DNA of 64,000 nt from positions 726,515 through 790,514 of the forward strand of contig JAHRHZ010000250.1 of the NCBI GenBank assembly GCA_024137785.1, given 5' to 3'. Origin of the DNA: Ginglymostoma cirratum. Taxonomy: Eukaryota. Of this stretch, positions 1 through 11,456 are shown piece by piece; position 1 is the first letter of the stretch; each line of letters begins with the position of its first letter. Under the pieces are notes generated by a model. It searched no databases. It worked only from the letters and a program-made list of their open reading frames with translations, and was not told where the DNA came from. The translations under genes and the position numbers were made by a program.

Positions 1-2778
1 AAAAAAAAACAGAACCAGCATATTATGGCAAAATATTTGCGCAGGATTTAGAGGAAGCCATAATAAGGGTACTGGGTGAATATATATTGATTTTTCTAGG
101 AATTAATTACTATTATACAGTTCCCCGTCGAAAATCCCAATTTAATTGTAGGGAATATTTACGACAATCATGAAAACACCCAGTCGGAGGACGGAGTGGT
201 GTCAAATGTAGCGAATACTCTGATTCGTCAAGTTTCAAAAGCTTCCATCAAGACGTGCATCAGCAAAACAGTGGACTGGCATGGGTTGAATTTTTCTTCA
301 CAACGACTGTGGACTACTGCATAACAGATGCTCACAAAAAGTTAAGGTAACAGCCGTCGAGGACCGCGCAAAATTGTCACTTCTTTCCTCCAGTAAACAG
401 GCTCAGTGTGATAATCAGTTGGATTCACAAAGAGATTACATGGCTGCTACATGTGAGCATTCATTTCATTCCAGTTAAACCATTTGCAAAGCATGGTGAT
501 TTTCGCAAATATGAAAGATTTTAAAGACGTTTTGAGAGAAAAAGAAGTGTTTGGAAATGGTGCTAAATTTACATTGCAAATGTAAATTCAAAACAAATTT
601 TCTGTGCTGGGAAAACTGATTTTTTTTTTCATAAAAGATTCATGTAAGCTGAATTTGACCGATAATTATATTTAATTCAGAAATGGGAAATTGCTTTAAG
701 GGCAAAATATGGTACAATACAGATGCGAGCAATACTTTAGTCTGTAGACTTGCACTTCTGTTAAATTTGGTGTTATGGAAACCTACAGTTTTTAATATAA
801 TCAGAGCATCAGATCAATGTCATAGAAAGGACAATAAAAATTCAAAAGACAGTTCGTAAAAATCGGGACATTTTAAGGTTATCTTAAATCAAAATGTGTA
901 AAATTAGCATATTGTATAACTGAGTAACTTGGGACCCTTCCCTTCTCAGAAAAGAATAGCACTATTTTCCTTTCTCTGTGGCCAGCTTTTTAAAATGTTG
1001 CCAAAAGCCTTCAATATTGCTGGAAGTGCGCTTTTGGGCATTAACAAATTTACATTTCTAAATGTACAGATATGTTTGGATGTTATTATCCCTTGGGGTT
1101 CTATCAAGAGACGGAGAGGGTATTGTTTTCCTTTTTTAAAATCAGTTTACAAAGGCTACTCAAGTACTGATACCATAGTCAAGAATGCAGGAATCTTGCA
1201 GATTCAATAATCTACCTCCAGGCATCAAAATTATATTAAAGATCAACAATGTAATTTATTATATTCTGACACAAAATTTTGGAGAATGGGAGAATCCTGA
1301 ATTGACTCCAATCACTGTTGTCTACAATATGACAGTATTATTTAAAATCACCAAAGAAATATTTAAATAGTTTAAAATCACCGAGCCCGGACATAATTGT
1401 TTCTGATATTAAAATTGGTAAGTTGACTTGATACAAGTTGCCATTTCAAATAATCAATGAGATATGTCCATGAAGTTAAAGGAGAAAAGTTTAAAGTTTT
1501 AATTTAAAACAATCATCAACAGAAACATCCGAGGTACATTTAATTTTTATTAAAACAGTAAAGTCTGTTTTGATAGGAAATTATTTAGTCACCAACTGAA
1601 CCTGTCGGGTCAATGGCACTGCTGAGGTGAATACAAAAGAAGACCTTCATAAATGTTGCCACAGTTGGATTTGAAAGAATGTTGAAAACAGGGAAAAGGA
1701 CTCGCATAATCCAAAAAGTTACTTCCAAGAAAAATATATGTGTAGAATTTGCCTTTATTTGGAACCATACAGTAATGTTTGCATTATGTTTTGCAATTAT
1801 TATGAATTACATTTTGGGGAGGTAAGTTTTCTCCAGAGCTCCCTAATCCACTCGAATGGCAATTAGCCCGATAGCTGACTTATAATAAAAGAATAATAAC
1901 ACGAAGATGACACAGTATTGAATCAGAATAACTCATGTTATGTATGACTAAATGGAATACGTCAAGTCAAAGGAATGGAGAGGTGAAATTTATTAATTGA
2001 TAACCTTGGAAATATTTTGGGCATATATGTGGCCGTACCCGTGACTTTGTTTTAAATAGTAAACTGAATTGGATGACTTGCCCACCACAGGAAACATTTT
2101 TTCATCTGTCAGCGGGTGCAAATTTGTTATTTTTTCCTCCAATGCAATAATGCATCATATCAAAATTGCTGCGGCATAATAAACACAATAAACTATCTGA
2201 AAATTTTACACAGATGGTTGACTCCCTAATTTGGACAGTTACCTTACCAAATATCATATGATCATGGTCATTGTAAATTTTGCAATTGGGTATTGCAATG
2301 CATTTTTCTCTTGTCAATTTCTACCTGAGAATTTTGATTCTGGAAGTAGGAACATAGCCACAATTCAATGCGCAAAAGGCTTCTTCATAGACAATCAATA
2401 TGTTGATCAGAAGAATTATCAAACTCAGCAGAAATTGGTACATTTAGAACGGATCCAAACTCAAGAAAACATTTTTCCATTTATTTCAGTGAATTGAATC
2501 AGATTAATTTAATATTCCAGCAACCTTGAATCAAAATATTGAAATAATAATATCAACATCTCTTGCATCATTTCACTTGGAAGAATGTAATTTCTTTTTA
2601 ATTATGTTATTATTAATAGCCATAGGTCAATTGCAAAGAATTAAAGTTCGACAAAACAAAACAAAAAGTTTGGGAATATTAACTAGAGCAGGATGAAATT
2701 TTCATTGCGCACCGTTAAATATATAGTTTATTGGTATTGTCGGTCCATGAAAACAGTCTTGCTTTAAGAAAAGCTTGG

Positions 2779-2820
2779 TGCAGTTATGGGTAAGGACTCT
2801 TTGCGTCGCTGTCTACCAAT
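2779..2820 (+). promoter_or_regulatory. cPcdh promoter CSE (CTCF-type site) plus CCAAT, paralog 1
   Basis: TGCAG-12 nt-ACTCTTTGCGTCGCT-GTCTA-CCAAT, with the CGCT core at 2807-2810 about 260 bp upstream of the ATG. Conserved in all three promoters and matches the known CGCT-core CSE of cPcdh promoters. Confidence 0.85.
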
Positions 2821-3068
2821 AAGAAAACCAGACACTGTAAGAGATCTACCTCCTCTCCTTTCGCACAAAACACGGCGCAGAAGCAAAGAGCAGGGCAAGC
2901 GTTGGTCGCATATGAACCATCTCGCGCTGAAAGATCGGACAGTTGGCGATTTCACGTCTATCGTTTTAATATCGTCATTTCTCTTCATGTGAAAGGATAT
3001 TCCGTTTCACAAAACAGCGAGGTTGAGCGGCATTTTGACAGATTTGTAATTGGATCGAACCCGGAACA

Positions 3069-5459
3069 ATGGCGAAAGGGGTCAGCCGCCCATTCTATTT
3101 TGTATTACTGACTTGCGTGTCCGATCTAATTTTCGGTCAAATACAATATGCGATCCCCGAAGAGATGGAGCGCGGTGCTTTTGTTGGCAATATCGCGGAG
3201 GATTTGGGCCTAAGCATTGGAGAGATGTCATTTCGCAAATTTCGGCTCGTCTCTGATGACGGAATACAGGTATTTAAGTTGAACATGGGGAATGGTATTT
3301 TAGTTGTGAATGAGAGAATCGACAGGGATACTCTCTGTGGGCAAAGTGCGACTTGTTCTGTTTCTCAGGACATAGCGGTGGAAAATCCAATGGCAATGCA
3401 TCGTGTCGACGTGGAGATATTAGATGTAAATGATAACTCGCCCAGATTTCCTAAAATGAGATATACGTTAGAAGTATCTGAAGTAACTGCAGCAGGAGCT
3501 CTTTTCCCAATGGAGAAAGCGCACGATGCAGACGTAGGTACAAATGCGGTGAGTAATTATGAAATCAGCACAAATAAGCACTTTGGCCTGAAGACTCGGA
3601 GCAGAAGCGATGGCAGTAAAATTGCAGAGCTGGTGTTAGAAAACCCGTTAGACCGCGAGCAACACTCCAGTTTTCATCTGACACTGACGGCCATTGACGG
3701 CGGGACTCCTCGTAGATCTGGTACTGCAGAAATAATCATCACTGTACTGGATGTAAATGATAATGCCCCAGTATTTGATCATCAGATATATAGAATTAAC
3801 TTATTGGAGAATTTGCCTGAAGGTTCATTAATTACGACAATAAACGCTATTGATTTCGACCAGGGAACAAATGGCGAGATAAAGTACTATTTAAGCCATC
3901 ATGTTTCTCACAGTGTGAGTGAATTGTTCGTTTTGAACCCCGCAACTGGACAGATCACAGTTCAAGGATCACTGGACTATGAAGAAAAGAAAGTTTATCA
4001 ACTTGATGTAGAAGCTGTGGACAATGGTACGCCCGCATTAGTTGGGCGCGCCGAAGTTCTTGTTGAATTACTTGACGTTAATGATAATGCGCCGGAGATA
4101 AAAATAAACTCACTATCCATTGAGGTACGTGAAGATGCTGCAAGCGGTACTGTGATCGCTATAATAAATGCAATGGATCGTGATTCAGGAGAAAATGGAC
4201 AAGTGCACTGTCAGTTGCCACCAAATATCCCGTTTACGCTCCAAAAATCTTCAAACAAGCAATACAGTTTAGTGGTCAGCGATACGCTGAATCGCGAAAT
4301 CTCGCCTTTCTATAACATCTCCATTTCAGCCTGGGATACTGGGTCACCCACTCTTTCCACAAATAAAACTATCCACATTTCAATTTCTGATATAAATGAC
4401 AATGCACCACAATTTACACAGTCGTTATATAATGTGTTCCTGATGGAAAACAATGCTCCAGGTGCATCAATATTTACTGTTACCGCTTTAGACCCTGACT
4501 TGGGCAAGAATAGCGAGTTATCGTATTTCTTATTGGACGGCTTCATTCATGAAAGTTCTGCGACTGGTCACTTTAGTGTTAACTCGGAAAGCGGGCGTCT
4601 TTACGCGCTAAGCTCTTTTGATTATGAAATACAGAAGAATTTTCAGATCAAAGTTCATGCTCAGGATGGTGGAACTCCCTCACTGACCAGCACTACTCTC
4701 GTAAATGTTATTATCCTGGACCAAAACGACAACGCCCCAGTCATTGTATCACCTTCACATTACAACACTTCAATTGTGATTGTACCAAAATCTGCACATC
4801 CTGGATACTTGGTGACCAAAGTAATTGCTGCAGACGCAGATTCTGGGCAGAATGCAAGACTTTTCTATCAGCTCATAGAAGCTACTGATCACAGCAGTTT
4901 TAGTATTGGATTTACCTCTGGCGAAATTAGAACAAGTCGAAAGTTTAGGGAGCAAGATGCTCTGAGACAGACGATTGTTGTTTTGGTCAGGGACAATGGG
5001 CAGCCGAGCCTATCCAGTACAGTTTCAATTTTCTTTACAATCCAAGGTAACATTACTGAATATACCTTCGAACAAAAAAGCAAACCTCGAAATCCAGAAA
5101 TGTTTTCAGATTTAAATTTTCTATTGATCATTATTTTAGGATCAACTTCCTGTATATTTCTCTTCATAATAGTTTTTCTGGTCGTTGTGAAATGCAAACA
5201 AGACAGGAATACATGCTGTTACACGTCCAGAGTCAGTTGTTACAGGCAAAGGAATTCAGCCGATGCTTCTCATAGTCGAGCTGTCGCAAAAGCAAATTTA
5301 AATTATCTGGATTCTGCACAAACTCTGCCTATTCGGGAATCATATAATTACACTGTCTGTCTCTCACCGGAATCCTCGAAGAGCGAATTTTTGTTTTTAC
5401 AACCGTGTCACCCGACATTGCCTCTGGATGATATTAATATTCACGACACTGCGAGATAA
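3069..5459 (+). CDS. Clustered protocadherin, paralog 1 (796 aa; signal peptide, EC1-EC6, TM, short cytoplasmic tail)
   Basis: Intact ORF with cadherin Ca-binding motifs (PE, DRD/DRE/DYE, DxNDNxP, AxDxD). It has the cPcdh EC1 C-X5-C motif (CGQSATC), EC6 PGYLVTKV...DADSGQNA, a hydrophobic TM (LLIIILGSTSCIFLFIIVFLVVV) and the cPcdh cytoplasmic motif YNYTVCL..ESSKSEFLFLQP. Subfamily cannot be assigned from sequence alone. Confidence 0.97.
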   Translation: MAKGVSRPFYFVLLTCVSDLIFGQIQYAIPEEMERGAFVGNIAEDLGLSIGEMSFRKFRLVSDDGIQVFKLNMGNGILVVNERIDRDTLCGQSATCSVSQDIAVENPMAMHRVDVEILDVNDNSPRFPKMRYTLEVSEVTAAGALFPMEKAHDADVGTNAVSNYEISTNKHFGLKTRSRSDGSKIAELVLENPLDREQHSSFHLTLTAIDGGTPRRSGTAEIIITVLDVNDNAPVFDHQIYRINLLENLPEGSLITTINAIDFDQGTNGEIKYYLSHHVSHSVSELFVLNPATGQITVQGSLDYEEKKVYQLDVEAVDNGTPALVGRAEVLVELLDVNDNAPEIKINSLSIEVREDAASGTVIAIINAMDRDSGENGQVHCQLPPNIPFTLQKSSNKQYSLVVSDTLNREISPFYNISISAWDTGSPTLSTNKTIHISISDINDNAPQFTQSLYNVFLMENNAPGASIFTVTALDPDLGKNSELSYFLLDGFIHESSATGHFSVNSESGRLYALSSFDYEIQKNFQIKVHAQDGGTPSLTSTTLVNVIILDQNDNAPVIVSPSHYNTSIVIVPKSAHPGYLVTKVIAADADSGQNARLFYQLIEATDHSSFSIGFTSGEIRTSRKFREQDALRQTIVVLVRDNGQPSLSSTVSIFFTIQGNITEYTFEQKSKPRNPEMFSDLNFLLIIILGSTSCIFLFIIVFLVVVKCKQDRNTCCYTSRVSCYRQRNSADASHSRAVAKANLNYLDSAQTLPIRESYNYTVCLSPESSKSEFLFLQPCHPTLPLDDINIHDTAR

Positions 5460-6954
5460 TGTAATATGTCAACGTGCACTGAAATTAATTTGTAGTTTGT
5501 ACAACTATGTATATCCAAGAAAAAAAAATTCAAAGTTAGATGTATTTGTTTTAAATGAAATGCTTGCACCTCCTATCTATTATTAGAAACAGACGGAAAT
5601 CTTGCAGATGCAGTATCTGGAATGCTACTTTGTGATTGCTATTAATATTAGAATAGACGCTGAGCTTTTCAGAGATTTAATCTCTTCAGTTTAAGTTCGG
5701 AACACTGCGATAACAAATGCGTCGCGACAAGCAGAGAACTTCTATGGAACATTTTATTTTCAGTTTACGTGTTATAGTTTGGAGACTGCTTGTCATGCAA
5801 TGAATCACATTGCTTCAACAAACTGCTTTCGGTACAGAATATTCATGGATAATTTGGATTCTTCAAATACATTGAGACAATTAACGCATGATTGGCGATT
5901 TAAAAGCCGGATTAAGTTTGTGGAGTATCCGAACAAGGGGCAGAAGTAAGCTATTCAACAGCTGAGGCCTTCCCCAGTATTTAACTCCGTCAGAGTTGAT
6001 GTGATTGTCGCCTGCAATCTTTAAGCTCTGCTATCCAGTATAACATTTCACCATTTTACATCACGAGATACTTTTCACTTTGTCTATGAAAAAAGTCAAG
6101 AATTCTTCTCCCACGATCTTTTCAGGAAGGAAATTATAAAGGTTCACAATGCTCTAGAGACATGAAAGAAAACACCTCATCATTCTTTTAAACAGGAAAG
6201 CTCTGATTTTTAAATAGTGACGGTTAGTTCTCGAAAATCATAAACAATGAACATCCTCTACAGATTCATCCGATCAAGACTACTTGAAATCTTATTTGGT
6301 TTAATCAAGTCACCTCCTTCTCTTCAAAACTCAAAAATATACAAAATCGCCTGTTCAAACTTTAATTATAAGACACCCACTCATTTCAGGTGTTAATCCT
6401 GTAAATCTTCCCCGAACTGCATCAATACATTTGGGTCCTTCATGACACAACATAATCAATACAATGCGCAGCACTCCAGATCGGATTCATCACTGTCCTG
6501 TATAACTTAAGATAACCTTACTACTTCTTACATTTAATTCCCACCACAGTAAATGACAACCTGGAATAAGGTTTGCAGTCTTGATCCCTGACTTGAGGGA
6601 GGATTTAACACCATTGGAGAAAGTTCGTAGAAGGTTAAATGTGTTAATCCGAAATATGAATGTCTTGCCCTATGAGGAGAGATTGAAAATACAGTTAAGT
6701 TAGTCACCTCTATTTTTCCATATTGATAAGTAAATGCCAGTGTTGTAGCGTTATTGCGTCAACTTGATTCGGGGCCCAACAACTTCTGGAGGTTGCAGTT
6801 TGAGAACTATTGCGGGAAGATTACCTTGCAAAAATCTTCATCCTAGTTTCACTCCATAGTCACATAATGAAAGGAAAAGATGAAGTTCGAATCCTTCTCA
6901 ACCTTCAATTAGTACTTCGACGTTAATTTAGCTTCACAATGCCCATGGCAGTGT

Positions 6955-7250
6955 GTTTTTGTCATTCATTCATGGGATGCGGGCATCGATGGTTTTGCAA
7001 CAGTTATTGTCGATTCCGAATTGACCAAAGAGCATTTACGAGGAAATCTTTCTGTAGGTCTGGAACTGCATGTAGGTCAGACCAGGTAAAAATGACAGTT
7101 TACTTCCCGAAAGAACATTAGGGAAACAGGTGCGTTTTTTTCCTCACAGCTGGCAATGATTTCATTGTCTTATTTTCTCTAATTTCCAGATTCCTAGTTA
7201 ATTCAAATTCTATCATGCCGTATCACGTCAAACACAGGTCCCTAGAGCAT
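6955..7250 (-). mobile_element. Degenerate tRNA-derived Deu-type SINE
   Basis: Reverse-complement similarity to the SINE at 35379-35704 (GTAGGTCTGGAACTGCATGTAGGTCAGACCAGGTAA). An orthologous copy lies in unit 3 at about 53520-53835. Confidence 0.6.
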
Positions 7251-7349
7251 TCCAGACATTCGGGTCAAGGCAGGACTAAGTGCAGATCTCAAATCTGGAG
7301 ATATTAACATTGGGGATCCTCAAGTGACCAGAATTGCACAAATGAGTTA

Positions 7350-7880
7350 AAAGGCTGGTGGAGATTGCCAAGGCCGAGTGAAACTAGACTATTCAGGTAT
7401 TCAAAACAACTTGAGAATATGTACATCAAGGAAGCAGGTAATGAAAGCCCGCATAGCCTATCACAGATATGAGTGGTGAAAATATTTCTTTGTTTGATTT
7501 TGGACATTGTGAGATCTGGTTTTCCGGACCTTGCTTTTATGATGGATAGAATTTTGGAAGGCTGGCCAGGATAATGTTAGAATGGTTAAGTCTAGAAGCG
7601 TGAAATGCATTGAGAAGTGTCTTAGAAGCAGAAGAGTTCAGGCAAGTGTGGTCATTTACATGCTTATGGACGTACAATGAGCACAAGGTTAGCATTAGTA
7701 AAGTCCTCAATGTGTGATTGAAATCTCTTGCAATGGTCAGCCATGTCACCAAGTGGTAAGCTGTCTGAGTAACTACGGCAGGATTTTAAGTCAGCGACTT
7801 CTGTTTACCAATATTTAATTAGAGTGAGTTTCAGGATATTCTTCACTGGACGTTGGATAAACAACCTGACAATTTATGCA
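7350..7880 (-). mobile_element. Old L2/CR1-group LINE RT fragment
   Basis: Degenerate LINE-like sequence (ATAATGTTAGAATGGTTAAGTCTAGAAG...) with a homolog at about 54140-54900. Recognised by eye only. Confidence 0.4.
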
Positions 7881-10800
7881 CTGAAAAACAATTATGACCA
7901 ATAGTGATGCCGTAAAATTGTTATGAGGGCCAGCATAAATAGGAATACACCAAGATAGGTATTTCGTGATATCAAAGCCAACCAAACAGGGGGAGCTGAG
8001 GCACTAATTTCTGATTAAGATTAGATAGATGAGAAGTGAACAAGACAAGTGCAGATCCAACAAACTGTAGGACCGCAGACTTTCAATGGAAGGGCAATGT
8101 GTAATAATTCAGGAAAAGTATGCATATTAATGAAGAAGAAATGGATAGGCATTTAGCGATTGCCACTGTCATAATGGAGATGACCTTGTATTTGACAAGA
8201 GAGTTTGATATTGTGACAGGCATGAAAACTTGTTTGAAGTTTTACAATAATGGGTTCCAGGAAAACTGGATACGAATTCGGCGGGACACAACATCTTTAG
8301 GCATTGCGCGAATTAAAGCCGTTTGCAAATAGTAGGAGGAGTATGGCCTTGGATATGATGCCATTGATTAGCAACGATGGTTTTATTAAAGTTGTTTCTT
8401 TCGGGATCTGTTCAAAATGTCAGCTTTGACGAATACAGAGTTAAAATCATTAATACTCAAGGACGTATTATGTTAATATTATGACAATATTGAACATTTA
8501 GAACAATTTTGATAGGACGGAAAGAAATCCTAATGAAATATTAAATCCTTGATATAATGAAATATTGCTTTGTTTTCTTGGAAATTCTAAAATACATTAA
8601 AGCCCACCGATATCATTAAAACATATTTTGACATGGAGGCATATTAATACAGTACCGAGGAACAGCACAGGCCATTTGGGCTCTCGGGCCTGTTCTTCTA
8701 TTCAATATTTCTGTCTCTCGTGATTGTTGTGTAAATTTTATTTTGCTGGTTTTGTGTCATAATATATGGCTCTTTTGGATATGCGAAATCTATCGAACCC
8801 AAACTTGAAGAAATTTAATGACTGAATAACCTTCTCGATAACAGATGTTGAGCCAATTGATGGATACTTTGCTGCTTTCTGTCTCCCTTGATTTGGAACA
8901 TAACCATTTTTCAAAGTAACTGCGTCTGAATATAGGCAATTCGAAAAAAAAGCACAAATTAACGATCTCAGTGGAGAATTCCTTGCGAGCTACTTCACGA
9001 GCCATTGCTTTACCAATATTAAAGATCGCGTCCTACTGACGTCAGAAGTCCCTGCTTTATTCTATCTCCTTCACAACAATGAACAATTTCCTTTATCCTG
9101 TTCACCACTTGGTTTAATCGCAAGCTAACGCAATCTTAAACCTGCACCAGAACATCGAGATCCTTCAGTCCACTCACATTCGATAACTTCTCTTAAATTG
9201 TATACTGATTCTCGATTCTTTCTCTGAAGTGGACGTTTTCACATTATAACACATCATGCTCATTCTCCTAGTTATTTGTCTTTTCAATTCGTTTGTTTAT
9301 GTTCCTTTGCAGACTTTGCACATCATCTTGTCAACAGGCATTCTTACTTTACTCAGTATCACCGGCAAATTTAGCTGCGTTCATTCAATAACCAAAAGCC
9401 AAGTCTTTGCTACAGGTCGTAAGCATTGTTTACAGCTAGACAACCTAAAACAAACGAACGAAAAAATCCTTTGTCCATATTCTCTGTATAATGCTTCCAA
9501 AACAATCCTTTATCCATTTTACCGCTCACTCAACTCTTCTGTTGTAAACATTTTGAACGATTCTGTTGCATATAATTCGCTGTAACCTTTTCCGATTTGA
9601 AGGGACGATTTCGCATTACAAGAATTGTAAAAAAAAAGGTTTGTAATGTGTGTTATTATCATTATTGATTCATAGGTTGAGTTTAAAGGCGACACAGATT
9701 CATACTGGTCATTCCTTTGAGGTTTCAATAAGGTCATCTGCAAGCATTCTGTAACCATGAACTACATCCCATTTTGCTCAGAAGGCAAGTGCTGATGGGC
9801 CCTATAGTGTTATTCGAAAGATATTTGTACCTTTAAGTTTATGACAGCCAATCTTAACATAGGAATACCACCAGCTTTATTTTCTGTTCGCTTCAGAAGA
9901 GTTAGAGATTGAGTTCAAGAGAAGATTTTTCAGCTCAACAGAGCAGAGTTCAGAAGCAAATCCTGATTTCCTCTTATGCTTCAGTGTAGTTGAAGAAAGC
10001 CACATTCCTCAGCAGAAGTGTTTACTTTGTAAAGCTTCCAGGCGCGGTGAGTTTGGATAGACATTGGCAGTTATTAGATATGGGAAAGTTTAAGCCCTCA
10101 GGTTTCTGAACCTTTCATGTCGGAATACTCTAAGAGGAATCAAGAAATGGTGTCCACAGTCCATTTGAAGCGATGGTGTAACTAAAACAGTTGAAATGCG
10201 GTTGTATTTCCCTGGGTTTAAATTCCTCAAATGGATGATGTTGGAAACCAGATTGAAATGTTGTATTGATGTTTATGTTAATTTCTTTCTGACTGTAATG
10301 CAAATATATAAATATATTGTTTGTATTCTTTATTATTTGTGTAAAATAAAACTATCTTCACATGTTAAAGAACATCTTCAGACTTGTTTGACCAAGTTTC
10401 ATTAAGAATAAAAGAAAATGATCTGTTGAGCCAGGCTTGACTATATAATATGACTATCCACAGCTAAGATCAAAACTTAATCAATATGTCTTCTCTTTTG
10501 CCTGGTGAAGCTTTAACTAAATGCTTATCAAACTTCTGAAACAGCTTTAAATAGCTAGAGCTAAGCGATCACAAGACAGAAAAATCAAATCTGTGCAATC
10601 CTTTCAAATCCAGTCACTAATGATGATGGACAATTAAGAAACTAAGGGGAGGAGTGCGCTTCACAAATATACCCAAGTTTGTTGGTAATGGAGCCCAAAA
10701 CACAAGTGGAATTGTTAAGGCTAAAGCACTTGCAATCGTCTACAGCCAGAAGTGAACTAAGCGATTGAACCATCTTGGCCTCCTGGAAAGGAGCTGAGGT

Positions 10801-11456
10801 CTTTTGTTCCAACATTTGCCGTGCCCAATATCATGTTTACCATTGCAGCTACAGTTGAAAAAAAAAGACAATATCAGGAGAGAATTCATGAAGAGTTCCT
10901 TTGATTATAGGTATTGTTTTACTGTGTTGTATTCCAAGTAACCATTGCATACTTAAAGAGGAGGGGAATCAGGGAAAACTCTCCACTGTTAGGCGTCAGC
11001 TGGAAGATTGTATACAGTTTCTCGGAAACTTGTGAATGCACTGTCAAGGGTGCCGAAGCGAAGAATGACCCAAGAAGGAGAAGGCAAATCTTGAAGTAAT
11101 TTTCACTTCGTATGTCGATCGAGTGAAATGCAGAATCTGGAAGTATACCAAAGACAGTTTCTTTTGAGACATTCAAGAATTCATCGGAGCTATTTGAATA
11201 TATATAATGCACAATGCTGTAGGTGCTGGTGGTGGTGGAAAGCAGGAAGTTGTCACTAAGCAATGATGTTCTTTTGAAGTGCCGCAGACACAGTGGGCCA
11301 CATACACACCGTCTGTGCTCAACTAATTTGTGAATTCGTGTTATAGTCGTACGTGGCACAAGGAAACTCTCAATGACAGTTTCGTGGCAATAATTTCAAC
11401 CTTAAATTTGACCTGTAAGAGTTCGTCAGGATAGTGTCCACGTACCAACCAGTTTT

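Noticed and set aside
2764-2992. Short ORFs over the promoters (also 26036-26297 and 49353-49565)
   Set aside because: Frames and lengths are not conserved among paralogs; the similarity reflects promoter DNA conservation.
3680-3710. Possible exonic CTCF site in the EC2 TAIDGG codons (GCCATTGACGGCGG)
   Set aside because: It lacks the central CAG of the CTCF core, and conservation is explained by coding constraint.
4310-5197. Antisense ORFs recurring in all three genes (e.g. 4310-4546, 4889-5197, 28203-28511, 50887-51123, 51466-51744)
   Set aside because: They are shadow frames of the conserved sense ORF, and their recurrence is explained by paralogy.
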